Virus record (IMG/VR): IMGVR_UViG_3300044617_000880
Location: 1 to 50,638 of that record
DNA length: 50,638 nt
From: a virus
Lineage: Duplodnaviria; Caudoviricetes
Reading direction: 5' to 3' (one strand)
Part shown: positions 17,625-26,263 of the stretch, in pieces
Position numbering within the stretch: position 1 is the stretch's first letter
Layout: each line of letters begins with the position of its first letter
Program-made: the position numbers and the translations under genes
Notes under the pieces: generated by a model
The model's input: only the letters and a program-made list of their open reading frames with translations
The model's database searches: none
Told to the model about the DNA's origin: nothing

Positions 17625-17795
17625 CCACGTCCGACCAGGTTATGACCAGGGGTGTGGTCTAGGCTAAGTGCTTGTATTTCCCTTACTTATACTCTTCTGA
17701 CCAGGGAGACCAGGTAAATAGGAAAACTAGTAAGTGATTGGGCTATGGGGTGTACGGTTTTCTGGAGACATGGTCGGTGTGGTCGGTATGGTCGG
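17608..17795. other. Probable replication origin (iterons plus AT-rich core)
   Basis: GACCA(GG) at 17623, 17633, 17644, 17699 and 17708; inverted TGGTC(GG) at 17655, 17771, 17780 and 17789; AT-rich 17660-17740; immediately downstream of the SF3 helicase. Confidence 0.7.
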
Positions 17796-18012
17796 AACGT
17801 GGGGGGAAATTTTGGGACGGGTGTCCTCTTTCCCAAGGAAATAATGGACTAATCGAGGGGCCAACGGGGGGTGTGGTACCGTTCCGATCCGGTGCAAGCC
17901 ATTATGGGACTTTGCTGAGTCGTTGTTGGCGGTGTGCCGGGCCTTGGCTGCGCAGGCCCGGACAGCACCGCGTGGTGTTGCAGTGGCTTGGTCTCCTTAC
18001 GGAGGTTTGCTC

Positions 18013-18330
18013 ATGTCTGATCGCAAGTCCAGCGTTTCCGTTCTGCCCGCTCGTGTTGTTGTTATGCAGACTGATACCTTTACGAAGGTGTCTGTTGAGA
18101 TCTGCGCCGCGGGCAATCTGTGGCTGCCAGTGACTGCTGCGTCTTACAACATCGACGGCCGTACCGTCTTGGGGCTCCAGTGCGCTGGTGTGTCCCTCAA
18201 GGAAATGGTGTTCCGGTCGTCGGGGTTTGAGACCTTCGAGTCGAAGGAGCCGCTGTTGCGTGGCGCAGATCGCTGCGATACCACGGTGGTCCCAGTGACG
18301 GAAGTGACTGAGGATTCGTCGATCTTCTGA
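18013..18330 (+). CDS. Hypothetical protein (105 aa), beta-rich with an acidic-aromatic C-terminus
   Basis: GGAGGT SD, MSDRKSS...EVTEDSSIF, followed by a terminator. Confidence 0.75.
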   Translation: MSDRKSSVSVLPARVVVMQTDTFTKVSVEICAAGNLWLPVTAASYNIDGRTVLGLQCAGVSLKEMVFRSSGFETFESKEPLLRGADRCDTTVVPVTEVTEDSSIF

Positions 18331-18331
18331 G

Positions 18332-18370
18332 AAGTGAGGCCCGGTAGCGATACCGGGCCTTACTTTATTT
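18332..18370 (+). terminator. Intrinsic terminator
   Basis: AGGCCCGGTA-GCGA-TACCGGGCCT followed by TACTTTATTT. Confidence 0.8.
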
Positions 18371-18514
18371 CGCGCGGGCGCTACCTAATACGCCTGCCAC
18401 CATCACTACCAAAAAATGGGTCGGGGTCGGCCCCCCCAACGGAGGGGGTCCTCCCCCTAGGAACTGGTGTTCAGTTCCACTGCTTCACACCTCTATCACA
18501 CAGGAGACACTCAC

Positions 18515-18805
18515 ATGCTCGGTATGTACTGCAACACTTGTGGCGGCTCAATGCTCGGCGATGGCGTTACGGCTGTGATCCACTGCGAGCGCCTCTCGGC
18601 TCTGGACTTCACAGTGGCACCGGACTCGGTTCCGGTCCACTGCACTCCGGACCCGGTCGACGGGGACATCCTCACCCCCGCTCAGGTCGCCGCTGGCTGG
18701 CACTACTGCTCTGCCTTCGACGGTCTGCTGACCAAAGGCGAGCGTCCCGAGGGTGGTGGCTGCTTCTGCGCCTCGCCCACCGAGCGCATCGGCTTTAACT
18801 TCTGA
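18515..18805 (+). CDS. Small Cys/His-rich protein (96 aa)
   Basis: AGGAG SD; CNTC...HC...HC...HYC...CFC. Confidence 0.72.
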   Translation: MLGMYCNTCGGSMLGDGVTAVIHCERLSALDFTVAPDSVPVHCTPDPVDGDILTPAQVAAGWHYCSAFDGLLTKGERPEGGGCFCASPTERIGFNF

Positions 18806-18877
18806 CCCTCACATCCCCCGGGTGGCGCGTTGTCACCCGGGGGACCTCACTTCACCCCTTGCATAAGGAATCACGTC

Positions 18878-19213
18878 ATGAACCGTAGCCAACTTGTTCA
18901 CATGCGTACAACCATCACTGGCGCTCGTAGTCTGCTGAGTTTCTTCTTCTACGGCAGCGTAGAGATGTGCTCACTCCGGCAGGTCCTCAAGGACGCCGGG
19001 GTTGACATTGACCTCAACCACGAGCGCGGTGGTGTCATGGACCATCTTGCCAACATCATCGAAGCCTTGGATCAGGCCATTGGTGACGGCGAGCCCGGTG
19101 ACCGCGAGCCTCACTTTCCCGCTCCGGACGCCAACGCGGACTGCTGCAATGCGTGTGGCAACTACCTCGCCCCCACCACAGTGTGCCGCTGTGAAGGCAC
19201 TGGTAATGGCTGA
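18878..19213 (+). CDS. Hypothetical protein with a C-terminal Zn-ribbon-like CxxC...CxC (111 aa)
   Basis: AAGGA SD; CNACG...CRC. Confidence 0.72.
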   Translation: MNRSQLVHMRTTITGARSLLSFFFYGSVEMCSLRQVLKDAGVDIDLNHERGGVMDHLANIIEALDQAIGDGEPGDREPHFPAPDANADCCNACGNYLAPTTVCRCEGTGNG

Positions 19214-19282
19214 TGTTCAGGCAGCCCCCCGCCCCACACGGAGGGGCGGGGGTCCGCCCACAACTCTAATGAAAGGATTGCA

Positions 19283-19414
19283 ATGTTCAGCACTCTAATT
19301 GCTTTTCTGCTTTTTCTTCTTCTTGGCTGCATCTGGCTTGCAGTCACGACTGCCATCCACGAAGCCAGTGATCGCAAGGAGATGGGTATCCGTCTTCCGG
19401 AGGACGACCAATGA
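19283..19414 (+). CDS. Small membrane protein (43 aa), not in the ORF track
   Basis: AAAGGA SD; MFSTLIAFLLFLLLGCIWLAVTTAIHEASDRKEMGIRLPEDDQ; ATGA overlap with the next gene. Confidence 0.7.
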   Translation: MFSTLIAFLLFLLLGCIWLAVTTAIHEASDRKEMGIRLPEDDQ

Positions 19415-19677
19415 GTTGGAGACAAAACTCTGATACGTACTCGGAGAACATCCCTGCTCGTGTCCACATCTTCACGGACCACCAAGGCGCAATTCACGTC
19501 ATGGTGTGGGTGAAGCCTGACAATGAACCAGAATACTGGTTGCGTCCCTTTGCTGTTGTTGAGGGTGGTCATGGTCGGTGCACACCCTACATGGGCTTGC
19601 ACGTTGGTCCCAACTACGAACACACATCTCTTCGCAAGTGGGCTCATAAGCGTGCCAACAGCAAGAGAACTTCTTGA
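19411..19677 (+). CDS. Hypothetical protein (88 aa)
   Basis: GGAGG SD and ATGA coupling. Confidence 0.7.
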   Translation: MSWRQNSDTYSENIPARVHIFTDHQGAIHVMVWVKPDNEPEYWLRPFAVVEGGHGRCTPYMGLHVGPNYEHTSLRKWAHKRANSKRTS

Positions 19678-19773
19678 CTCCTTGTGCACTCCCCCCCGGG
19701 CAGCCGGACGGCCCGCCCGGGGGGGCGTATTAGATATTTCGCATTGCTCACTTAACGGTGTGCAGTGCGTTTC

Positions 19774-19797
19774 AGGCATCCATGTTGGATGCCTTTT
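19774..19797 (+). terminator. Terminator-like hairpin
   Basis: AGGCATCCA-TGT-TGGATGCCT-TTT. Confidence 0.55.
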
Positions 19798-19829
19798 ACT
19801 TCCATCCTCCTACATAGGAATCACTTGCC

Positions 19830-20354
19830 ATGAAACTCGCTGACGCTCAGAAGACTCTCCTCGTCGTTCCCGGTAACTACCCCGCCATGCTGACCCTCGC
19901 TACTTGCCAGCCCGGCAAGAAGGATCCGAGCGCCACCAACATCAACGTCGAACTCGACGTCATCTTGGACTCCGGCCGCACCGTCAAGTTGTGGGACCTG
20001 CTGCCCGACATCGAGAAGAACCCCAAGACGTTCTTCCGCTACGAGCAGTACATCAAGGCCCTGGCCCTGACCCTGGCCCCGGACTTCGACCTGACCGCCC
20101 GCTCCTTCGCTGCTGAACTCAACAAGGCCAGCAACGAGGGCATCTGCTTCCAGGTCACTGTCACCATCGAGGAGTCCGCTGGCTATGCACCGCGCAACGC
20201 CATCAAGTACCTCAAGCCCGCTGACATGGACCTGATCCAGCACGTCGCTCGTGCTCAGCGCCATGACTCAGCCACTGACGCTGCTGCTCAGCCCTCCAAG
20301 CTCAGCATCAATGATCAGCAGTCCTCGCCCGATGAAGACCGCCAACTCATCTGA
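19830..20354 (+). CDS. DUF669-like / phage SSB-like OB-fold protein
   Basis: VVPGNYPA...GK...V.L.V...GRTVK pattern, late beta strands VTVTIEE...RNAI and an acidic tail. Confidence 0.6.
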   Translation: MKLADAQKTLLVVPGNYPAMLTLATCQPGKKDPSATNINVELDVILDSGRTVKLWDLLPDIEKNPKTFFRYEQYIKALALTLAPDFDLTARSFAAELNKASNEGICFQVTVTIEESAGYAPRNAIKYLKPADMDLIQHVARAQRHDSATDAAAQPSKLSINDQQSSPDEDRQLI

Positions 20355-20413
20355 CCCGCAATGGGGGTGGGTACCTGTGCCCACCCCCATTACCACCACA
20401 AGGAGAACTCGCC

Positions 20414-20956
20414 ATGTCCTTCTATCGAATCAACGACATCCGCCAGTCCGACATTGTCGGTAACACCCTTTCACTCGGTAACATCCCCATCCGTCTCGAG
20501 TCCGGCCGTATGGAACTCGTCGACCCCAACAACGCTGTCCCAGCCGTCGACCCCGACGGTTGCGACACGCCCAACTTCTCGCTCCGCACCTGCGACTCGA
20601 CCCACGCCGAGCGCCTCCGTTCCCTCAACCACGCCACCCGTCGCTCCGCCAACACGCTGCTCATCCAGCGTCTTGGCCACCGCACGGCCCTGGCCTTCAT
20701 CCAGCAGGACGACACGCTGTCCCGCTCCATGGCTGCGTTCTTCGGTCGCTTCAACGCAGGCGACATCGACGCATCCAATCTCCCCCCACGTGTCCGTGAC
20801 CGCAACGCCAACCCGTTCCTCCCTACCTCCGGTGACCCTGACTTCCGTCGCCGCTCTGGTTCCTATCGCCGCTATCGCCGCTGTGACTCACACCCGCAGT
20901 TGCTCGACTCATCGTGGGTCGGGCCTGCTTCTCGCCACTCCTCGGAGATCATCTAA
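20414..20956 (+). CDS. Hypothetical protein (180 aa)
   Basis: AAGGAG SD; C-ending codons. Confidence 0.75.
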   Translation: MSFYRINDIRQSDIVGNTLSLGNIPIRLESGRMELVDPNNAVPAVDPDGCDTPNFSLRTCDSTHAERLRSLNHATRRSANTLLIQRLGHRTALAFIQQDDTLSRSMAAFFGRFNAGDIDASNLPPRVRDRNANPFLPTSGDPDFRRRSGSYRRYRRCDSHPQLLDSSWVGPASRHSSEII

Positions 20957-21519
20957 TGTCCAACCCACTCATCCATTCCATTGCCATCAGCACCGCAACA
21001 GGAGACGGCACAATCATCTCCGTCTCCCGCACACGCACCCGTGGCAACGTCGTCGTCGCTGACCGCGTCGATGCTTGTGACTACGACTGCTTCGCCTCAA
21101 CGCCATTCGGTGGCAAGTCCGGTGTCCAGCACGAGATCCTCACCCAGCAATCCCCCGATCACTGCACCCCTGAGCGTGTGTGGGTTGAGTTCTTCGACCT
21201 GCTGTGCATGAAGCTCATGATGGCCGCTGCCATGCGTGGCACCAACATCCTCAAGGAGCAGGACGACCTCGGTCCTATCTCCCTGCCCGGCCAGCCCGAT
21301 CGTGTCGGTCTGGTCGTGGTCCTGCCCAAGAACGCCAATGAAGAGGACATCTCCATCAACGGCAAGTACATGCCCGAAGTCCTCAAGGCCATGGGCTTCA
21401 ACCCCAAGCCTGCCGCTTACCTCAAGCCCAAGCCACCAACCTTCGACCCGCTCTACAAGGACTCGCCCTACCCGGACGACTACAACGATCTGCCCTCTGA
21501 CCCCAAGTCCCCCTTCTGA
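20956..21519 (+). CDS. Hypothetical protein (187 aa)
   Basis: GGAG SD, TAATG coupling, acidic PF-ending tail. Confidence 0.75.
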   Translation: MSNPLIHSIAISTATGDGTIISVSRTRTRGNVVVADRVDACDYDCFASTPFGGKSGVQHEILTQQSPDHCTPERVWVEFFDLLCMKLMMAAAMRGTNILKEQDDLGPISLPGQPDRVGLVVVLPKNANEEDISINGKYMPEVLKAMGFNPKPAAYLKPKPPTFDPLYKDSPYPDDYNDLPSDPKSPF

Positions 21520-21529
21520 AAGGAACCCC

Positions 21530-21727
21530 ATGTCTGACCCCATCATGTCCCGTCTTCTCGAACTCGAGAAGAAGCACAACGCCACCATCAACACCGTCCA
21601 CAAGCTCTTCGAGAACCAGACCAGCCTGATCATGGCTGTTGACAAGAAGTACGAACTCGTCCGCACGCTGCTCACAGAAGTCCTCGAACTCATGAAGAAC
21701 CAGATCTCCAAGGAGACCACCAAGTGA
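21530..21727 (+). CDS. Small coiled-coil protein (65 aa)
   Basis: AAAGGA SD; MSDPIMSRLLELEKK... heptad pattern. Confidence 0.72.
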   Translation: MSDPIMSRLLELEKKHNATINTVHKLFENQTSLIMAVDKKYELVRTLLTEVLELMKNQISKETTK

Positions 21728-22743
21728 ACATCTCACCCACCGCACGCGCCGCAATCCTCGCTCGCATCAACGCTGTCAAGGCAGCCACACCCATCACCAC
21801 ACGGAAGGACACCATGCCCCCCACTATCGAGCCCGAGACCCACAAGCCCGCCTTCGACGACGGCCTCTTCGCCGCCACCACCGACGGCATCTCCGTCACC
21901 GGGACCACGCCTGCCACCCCCACTGAGCGCATCGACCTCGAACTCGATGACAACCTCAAGTCGTTCCTCATGTCCATCGGCACCTCCACCGGCATCGAGA
22001 ACCTGCGCCTCATCGGTCCCGCCGGCTGCGGCAAGACCTCCATCGGTCAGTGGCTCGCACAGGAAACCAACAAGCGCCTGCTCATCATGGACTGCTCCGT
22101 GATCCGTGAGCCACGCGATTGGTTCGGCTTCCGCACCGTCCACAACGGCAGCATCCGTTGGCAGGACACCGAGTTCGTGCGCGCCGTCACCTCCGGCAAC
22201 TGCGTCATCGTCCTCGACGAGCTCAACCGTGCACCCGCCTCCGTGCTCAACGGCCTGATGCCCCTCCTCGATCATCGTCGTGCCTCGTGGATCGAGGAAC
22301 GCGGTGCAGCCGTACGCGTCGGACCCAACACCACGTTCGTTGCCACCACCAACATGGGTGCCAAGTATCTCGGTGCCTCGCCCGTTGACCTGGCCCTCCG
22401 CGATCGCTTCTCGCGTGTCGTCGAGGTCACCTACCTGCCCACCACCAAGGAGGCCATGCTGCTCCAGCGTCGTACCACTCTTGACATCGACTCGTGCGTT
22501 GCCCTCGCTCACATCGCCTCCAACACCCGTGGCAAGAACTCCACGCACGAGCCCATCTCCACCCGTGAACTGCTGGCTGCTGCCTCTGACATTGCCAAGT
22601 ACGGCCAGCAGTCCTTGCGCTACACCATCCTGTCCAAGATCGAGGACCACTCGAAGCGCGCAGCGATGGCCACTCTCCTCGCCGGCAAGTTCCCCGGCCT
22701 CGTCTCCGACACCGTCACCACCACCAACACGGAGCCCTTCTAA
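21724..22743 (+). CDS. MoxR-family AAA+ ATPase (CbbQ/NorQ/CobS-like)
   Basis: GPAGCGKT, IVLDELNRA, ATTN, ALRDRF and STREL motifs. An alternative ATG lies at 21813. Confidence 0.9.
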   Translation: MNISPTARAAILARINAVKAATPITTRKDTMPPTIEPETHKPAFDDGLFAATTDGISVTGTTPATPTERIDLELDDNLKSFLMSIGTSTGIENLRLIGPAGCGKTSIGQWLAQETNKRLLIMDCSVIREPRDWFGFRTVHNGSIRWQDTEFVRAVTSGNCVIVLDELNRAPASVLNGLMPLLDHRRASWIEERGAAVRVGPNTTFVATTNMGAKYLGASPVDLALRDRFSRVVEVTYLPTTKEAMLLQRRTTLDIDSCVALAHIASNTRGKNSTHEPISTRELLAAASDIAKYGQQSLRYTILSKIEDHSKRAAMATLLAGKFPGLVSDTVTTTNTEPF

Positions 22744-24857
22744 TGTTTCAACGCATCCTCGACAACTTCGACATCGATACCAGCGGCTGGTTCGACACCG
22801 ACGAGGGGGTTGCCAAGCGCAACCTCCTCAACCGCACGAGTGAGATCACCAACAAGATCTGGTCTCTCTGGGCTTGCCGCCCCATCCGTGTCCACTACGT
22901 GCCCATCGACACTATTCAGCGTCTCTCCATCACATCCGCCATCGACGCCTTCGCTAGCCACATGGACCGTTTCGTAGCCGACTGGAGGCGACAGCCCAAT
23001 GCCGGCGAGAAGATTGACATCGTCAACAACTTCATCAATGCCTATCGACACGGCGACATCTGGGACAACCCCAACACACCTTATGACCCAATGAGCGACC
23101 AAGGACCCGGCATCTACATCCCGGGCAGTCTCATCTCTGATCGCATGCTTGACCACGTTCCCGACATCTACACCCTGGCCGATGCCATCACTGGCTATGG
23201 CCTCGAGTCCATGGAGCGTGACAACGCATGCCTCAACATCGGTTACGACGGCCTCATGTTCGTGGCCGCCGCACTCAAGTCCAGCAACTTGCCACCCAAC
23301 AGCAGCAACATCACTGACCCACGCTCCGTCCATGCCGACTGCATGCTCGACATCTGGTATGCAGCCTGTGTCCGTGACATCCGCACCAAGATCCTTACCC
23401 AATGGCCGGGCTGGCACTCCATCTTCGAAGCCCAAGACTCCGTGCTCCTTCCCCCCACGGAGGAGGTTGCCTCGGCCGTCAAGACCAAGAGCAAGTACCG
23501 TTCGGAACTGCGTCGCTTCTGCATGGCCCTTGCATGGAACCTCAACGCTGCACCCGACCAGCGCATCCCGTTCCCCAAGCAGTTCAAGTCTGCCTATGAC
23601 ATGGCCGTCCAAGCGTGGCCCGGCATCGTCTCCAAGTGTCGCACCAACGAGGACCACATCTTCGCCATCAGCCAACTCGTCCATGACCTGTCTCGCATCC
23701 TGTCCCCCCACGAGGAGAAGCCCAAGCGCAGTACCACTCCTCGTCGTGGCAGCAGCGGACTCGGTCTCGACGGTGCCCCCGACAAGGACGAGTCCTTCCA
23801 CCGCAGGCAGACTGCAAGCGGTGACTCCGTCATCGAGCCGTCCAAGGAAGAGGCCGACGCTGACCCCACCAACTCGCCCTGTGTGGGCATCCCCCCACCA
23901 TCCATCTTCTACGACATGATGACTGAAGAGCAGATGGCTCCCGTTCTCGCACGCAATCCCAAGTTGCTTGAGTACGCAGTCAAGTCCAAGCGTCTGCAGG
24001 ACAAGGTCCGTGCTCCCATCGCAGAGGCCATCAGTGCTGCTGCGTGGCACGTGCCTGCCCCACCGCCCACTGACCACGCTCAACTCCAGGGTGTGCTCGA
24101 CGAGGGCAGCCTGCTCAACCTTGCAGCCTTTAACGATCCGCGCATCTTCTCCATCCCCCCCGAAGCAGGCCACGGGCAGATCGCCATCGCCGTCGTCCTC
24201 GACTCTTCCTCGTCCATGTCCCTCAACGTCTACCCCACGGAGATCAACCCATCCACCAACAGGTACGAGCCCAGTCACAACGTGATGCAGGAAGCACTTG
24301 CATTCCTTGCCGGTCTCAAGGACGGACTGGCCCGTGCATCCAACGTCTCGCTGTCCTCCTTCGCTTACTTCGGCGGTTGTGTTGCCGATGACAGCGACTA
24401 CATCCTGCACACCAAGTCTGATCCATCTGCAGACAGCAGTCTCTCCGTGTGCAACATGCGTCGCCTCGACACTGACTCGGCTCTCCTCTACTCGTACCCC
24501 ATGGGTGGCACTCCGTCTGCAACCGCGATCAAGTCTGCGTCCGATTACCTCTTTGCTCACCACCCCGACGCAACCAAGATCATCATCCATCTCACTGACG
24601 GTGCACCCTGCGGTGGCGTCGAAGACCCTTATCACAACCAGGAGTCCTTCGACGATGGCATCTCCAGCGTCCGCCACATCGTTGACAACATCCCCATTCC
24701 CGTGTTCACCGTAGGCTTCGGCTTCGGCATTGATGCACAGACTCTCCGTCAGCAGTACAATCACGACAAGTGGTTCAAGGTTGAGTCCCCGCTGGATGCC
24801 GTGCCCGTTGCATGCCAGCTCATCACAGGAATTGGTCAGTGTCTTGCCAACCAGTAG
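22743..24857 (+). CDS. VWA-domain protein (CobT/NorD-like partner of the MoxR ATPase)
   Basis: MIDAS VLDSSSSM, GGTP and HLTDGAP; an acidic linker; coupled to the ATPase gene. Confidence 0.88.
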   Translation: MFQRILDNFDIDTSGWFDTDEGVAKRNLLNRTSEITNKIWSLWACRPIRVHYVPIDTIQRLSITSAIDAFASHMDRFVADWRRQPNAGEKIDIVNNFINAYRHGDIWDNPNTPYDPMSDQGPGIYIPGSLISDRMLDHVPDIYTLADAITGYGLESMERDNACLNIGYDGLMFVAAALKSSNLPPNSSNITDPRSVHADCMLDIWYAACVRDIRTKILTQWPGWHSIFEAQDSVLLPPTEEVASAVKTKSKYRSELRRFCMALAWNLNAAPDQRIPFPKQFKSAYDMAVQAWPGIVSKCRTNEDHIFAISQLVHDLSRILSPHEEKPKRSTTPRRGSSGLGLDGAPDKDESFHRRQTASGDSVIEPSKEEADADPTNSPCVGIPPPSIFYDMMTEEQMAPVLARNPKLLEYAVKSKRLQDKVRAPIAEAISAAAWHVPAPPPTDHAQLQGVLDEGSLLNLAAFNDPRIFSIPPEAGHGQIAIAVVLDSSSSMSLNVYPTEINPSTNRYEPSHNVMQEALAFLAGLKDGLARASNVSLSSFAYFGGCVADDSDYILHTKSDPSADSSLSVCNMRRLDTDSALLYSYPMGGTPSATAIKSASDYLFAHHPDATKIIIHLTDGAPCGGVEDPYHNQESFDDGISSVRHIVDNIPIPVFTVGFGFGIDAQTLRQQYNHDKWFKVESPLDAVPVACQLITGIGQCLANQ

Positions 24858-24870
24858 AAGGATCCGCACT

Positions 24871-25152
24871 ATGCCATCTGAAGCCAACGGAACTAACTTG
24901 CGTACTCTGTGGCACGCTTTCAAGCAGCGACCCATACCCGCCATCACACTTGTGGATCTGCGCCATGAGGACACAGGAGCCCGCTACCCAACCCTTTGCA
25001 TCATCGAGTCTCACCCCGACGGTGACAAACTCTTCCCCTACGCCTTCATGATCGACCGTGATCAGCACGAACTCTGTCGCAAGCTCATCGTGCCCGATCA
25101 GTACGAAGCCATCTGGGATTGGTGCATCCCCCCACAGAAGGAGCCCGCATGA
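24871..25152 (+). CDS. Hypothetical protein (93 aa)
   Basis: AAGGA SD and ATGA overlap with the UDG gene. Confidence 0.7.
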   Translation: MPSEANGTNLRTLWHAFKQRPIPAITLVDLRHEDTGARYPTLCIIESHPDGDKLFPYAFMIDRDQHELCRKLIVPDQYEAIWDWCIPPQKEPA

Positions 25153-25838
25153 ACCTACCACTGCTGCCCTCCGCCCCATCCTGCACTGCCTGCGAACTGC
25201 ACAAGCACGCGAAGAACCCTGGAGTCCCCGGGGTTTTTCTTTCTGATTCACTGCCACCCTCACCCACCACACCCATGGTCGCAGTGCTCGGCATGAACCC
25301 AGGCTTCCAAGAGGACCGCTTCAACGAGCCATTCGTTGGGCCATCAGGCAAGATGCTCAAAGAGATCTACCTCCCATCCATCCTGCCTCACGCCTCGGTC
25401 ATCCTTCTCAACGCAGCCCGCTGCTACACGCCAGCCGCAGCCCCGCCAAAGCCCCGTCACTTCCGCACTTGTTTCCCTGCCTTCTCTGCTCAGGATCTCA
25501 ATGCCGTTGGCCAACTCATTGCCCCCCACGTTCCCAAGATCCTGCTCTGCGTCGGTGCCCACGCCATCTCCACTGTCACCAAGTTCACACAGCCCAAGCC
25601 CTGGTCGCTAACCTCTGCATTCAACCGACAAGGTACACCGACCGGACTATGGGGAGACTGGCAACTCTTCACCACGTTCCACCCAGCCGCAGTTCTCCGC
25701 TCACGCAACCTCCTCCACCCCGTCGCAGACCACATGACCCTCGTGCACTCAGCCCTCATCGGCCAGATGCCCGTAGCATCCAGCCCACGCATCGTCACCC
25801 CCTTCTCACCCATTGACTATGCACAATCAAATCCATGA
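25149..25838 (+). CDS. Uracil-DNA glycosylase superfamily protein (family-4-like, 4Fe-4S)
   Basis: CxxC (CTACEL), GMNPGxxED, PFVGPSG, N..RC, a fourth Cys (FRTC) and TFHPAAVLR. Confidence 0.88.
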   Translation: MNLPLLPSAPSCTACELHKHAKNPGVPGVFLSDSLPPSPTTPMVAVLGMNPGFQEDRFNEPFVGPSGKMLKEIYLPSILPHASVILLNAARCYTPAAAPPKPRHFRTCFPAFSAQDLNAVGQLIAPHVPKILLCVGAHAISTVTKFTQPKPWSLTSAFNRQGTPTGLWGDWQLFTTFHPAAVLRSRNLLHPVADHMTLVHSALIGQMPVASSPRIVTPFSPIDYAQSNP

Positions 25839-26037
25839 GTTCCAGCAACTCATCCCAGTCAACACCCCACTAGGTGAGGGGTACCTCCTGTACATATGCA
25901 ACCCAGGTATGTACACCAACTCGTGCTACGCAGTGGTCCTTGACGACGGACGCATCCGCCACTTCATGGATCACCAGATCACAGTCATCCGCAACGACAC
26001 ACTCCAGATCTACCCAAAGGAACCCAATGAAAGCTGA
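25819..26037 (+). CDS. Hypothetical protein (72 aa)
   Basis: IPVNTPLGEG...VVLDDGRIRHF resembles a small aquatic-phage family. Confidence 0.7.
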   Translation: MHNQIHEFQQLIPVNTPLGEGYLLYICNPGMYTNSCYAVVLDDGRIRHFMDHQITVIRNDTLQIYPKEPNES

Positions 26038-26263
26038 CAACAACATCGACGAGATCCGTGACACGCTGCGTGTCCTTCGCAACCGCCACGCCAACGAGGA
26101 CGCTACTCTCCGCGCATACAACACCATCGAGTACTGCCTCGAGCAGATCTTCAACTACTGCCACAAGCAGATTGAAGACGGCTACATGCGCAACCGTGAT
26201 CTCAACAAGCGCAACACCCAACTCCTCTCCAAGATCCAAGAACTCGAGGCTCGTGAACAATGA
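26027..26263 (+). CDS. Coiled-coil hypothetical protein (78 aa)
   Basis: AAAGGA SD and overlap coupling. Confidence 0.7.
   Translation: MKADNNIDEIRDTLRVLRNRHANEDATLRAYNTIEYCLEQIFNYCHKQIEDGYMRNRDLNKRNTQLLSKIQELEAREQ

Noticed and set aside
17608-17795. Short repeats as a CRISPR array
   Set aside because: The units are only 5-8 bp, occur in both orientations and are irregularly spaced; an origin fits better.
17625-18514. tRNA, integrase/att site or repressor switch
   Set aside because: No cloverleaf or T-loop consensus was seen in the intergenic regions, and no recombinase or CI-like ORF was recognised.
22740-24974. 744-aa antisense ORF opposite the VWA gene (also 21733..22650, 27357..28505, 5393..6466, 34707..35741)
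   Set aside because: These are shadow ORFs caused by the strong C-ending codon bias on the coding strand; the V/G/D-rich translations have no motifs or SD.
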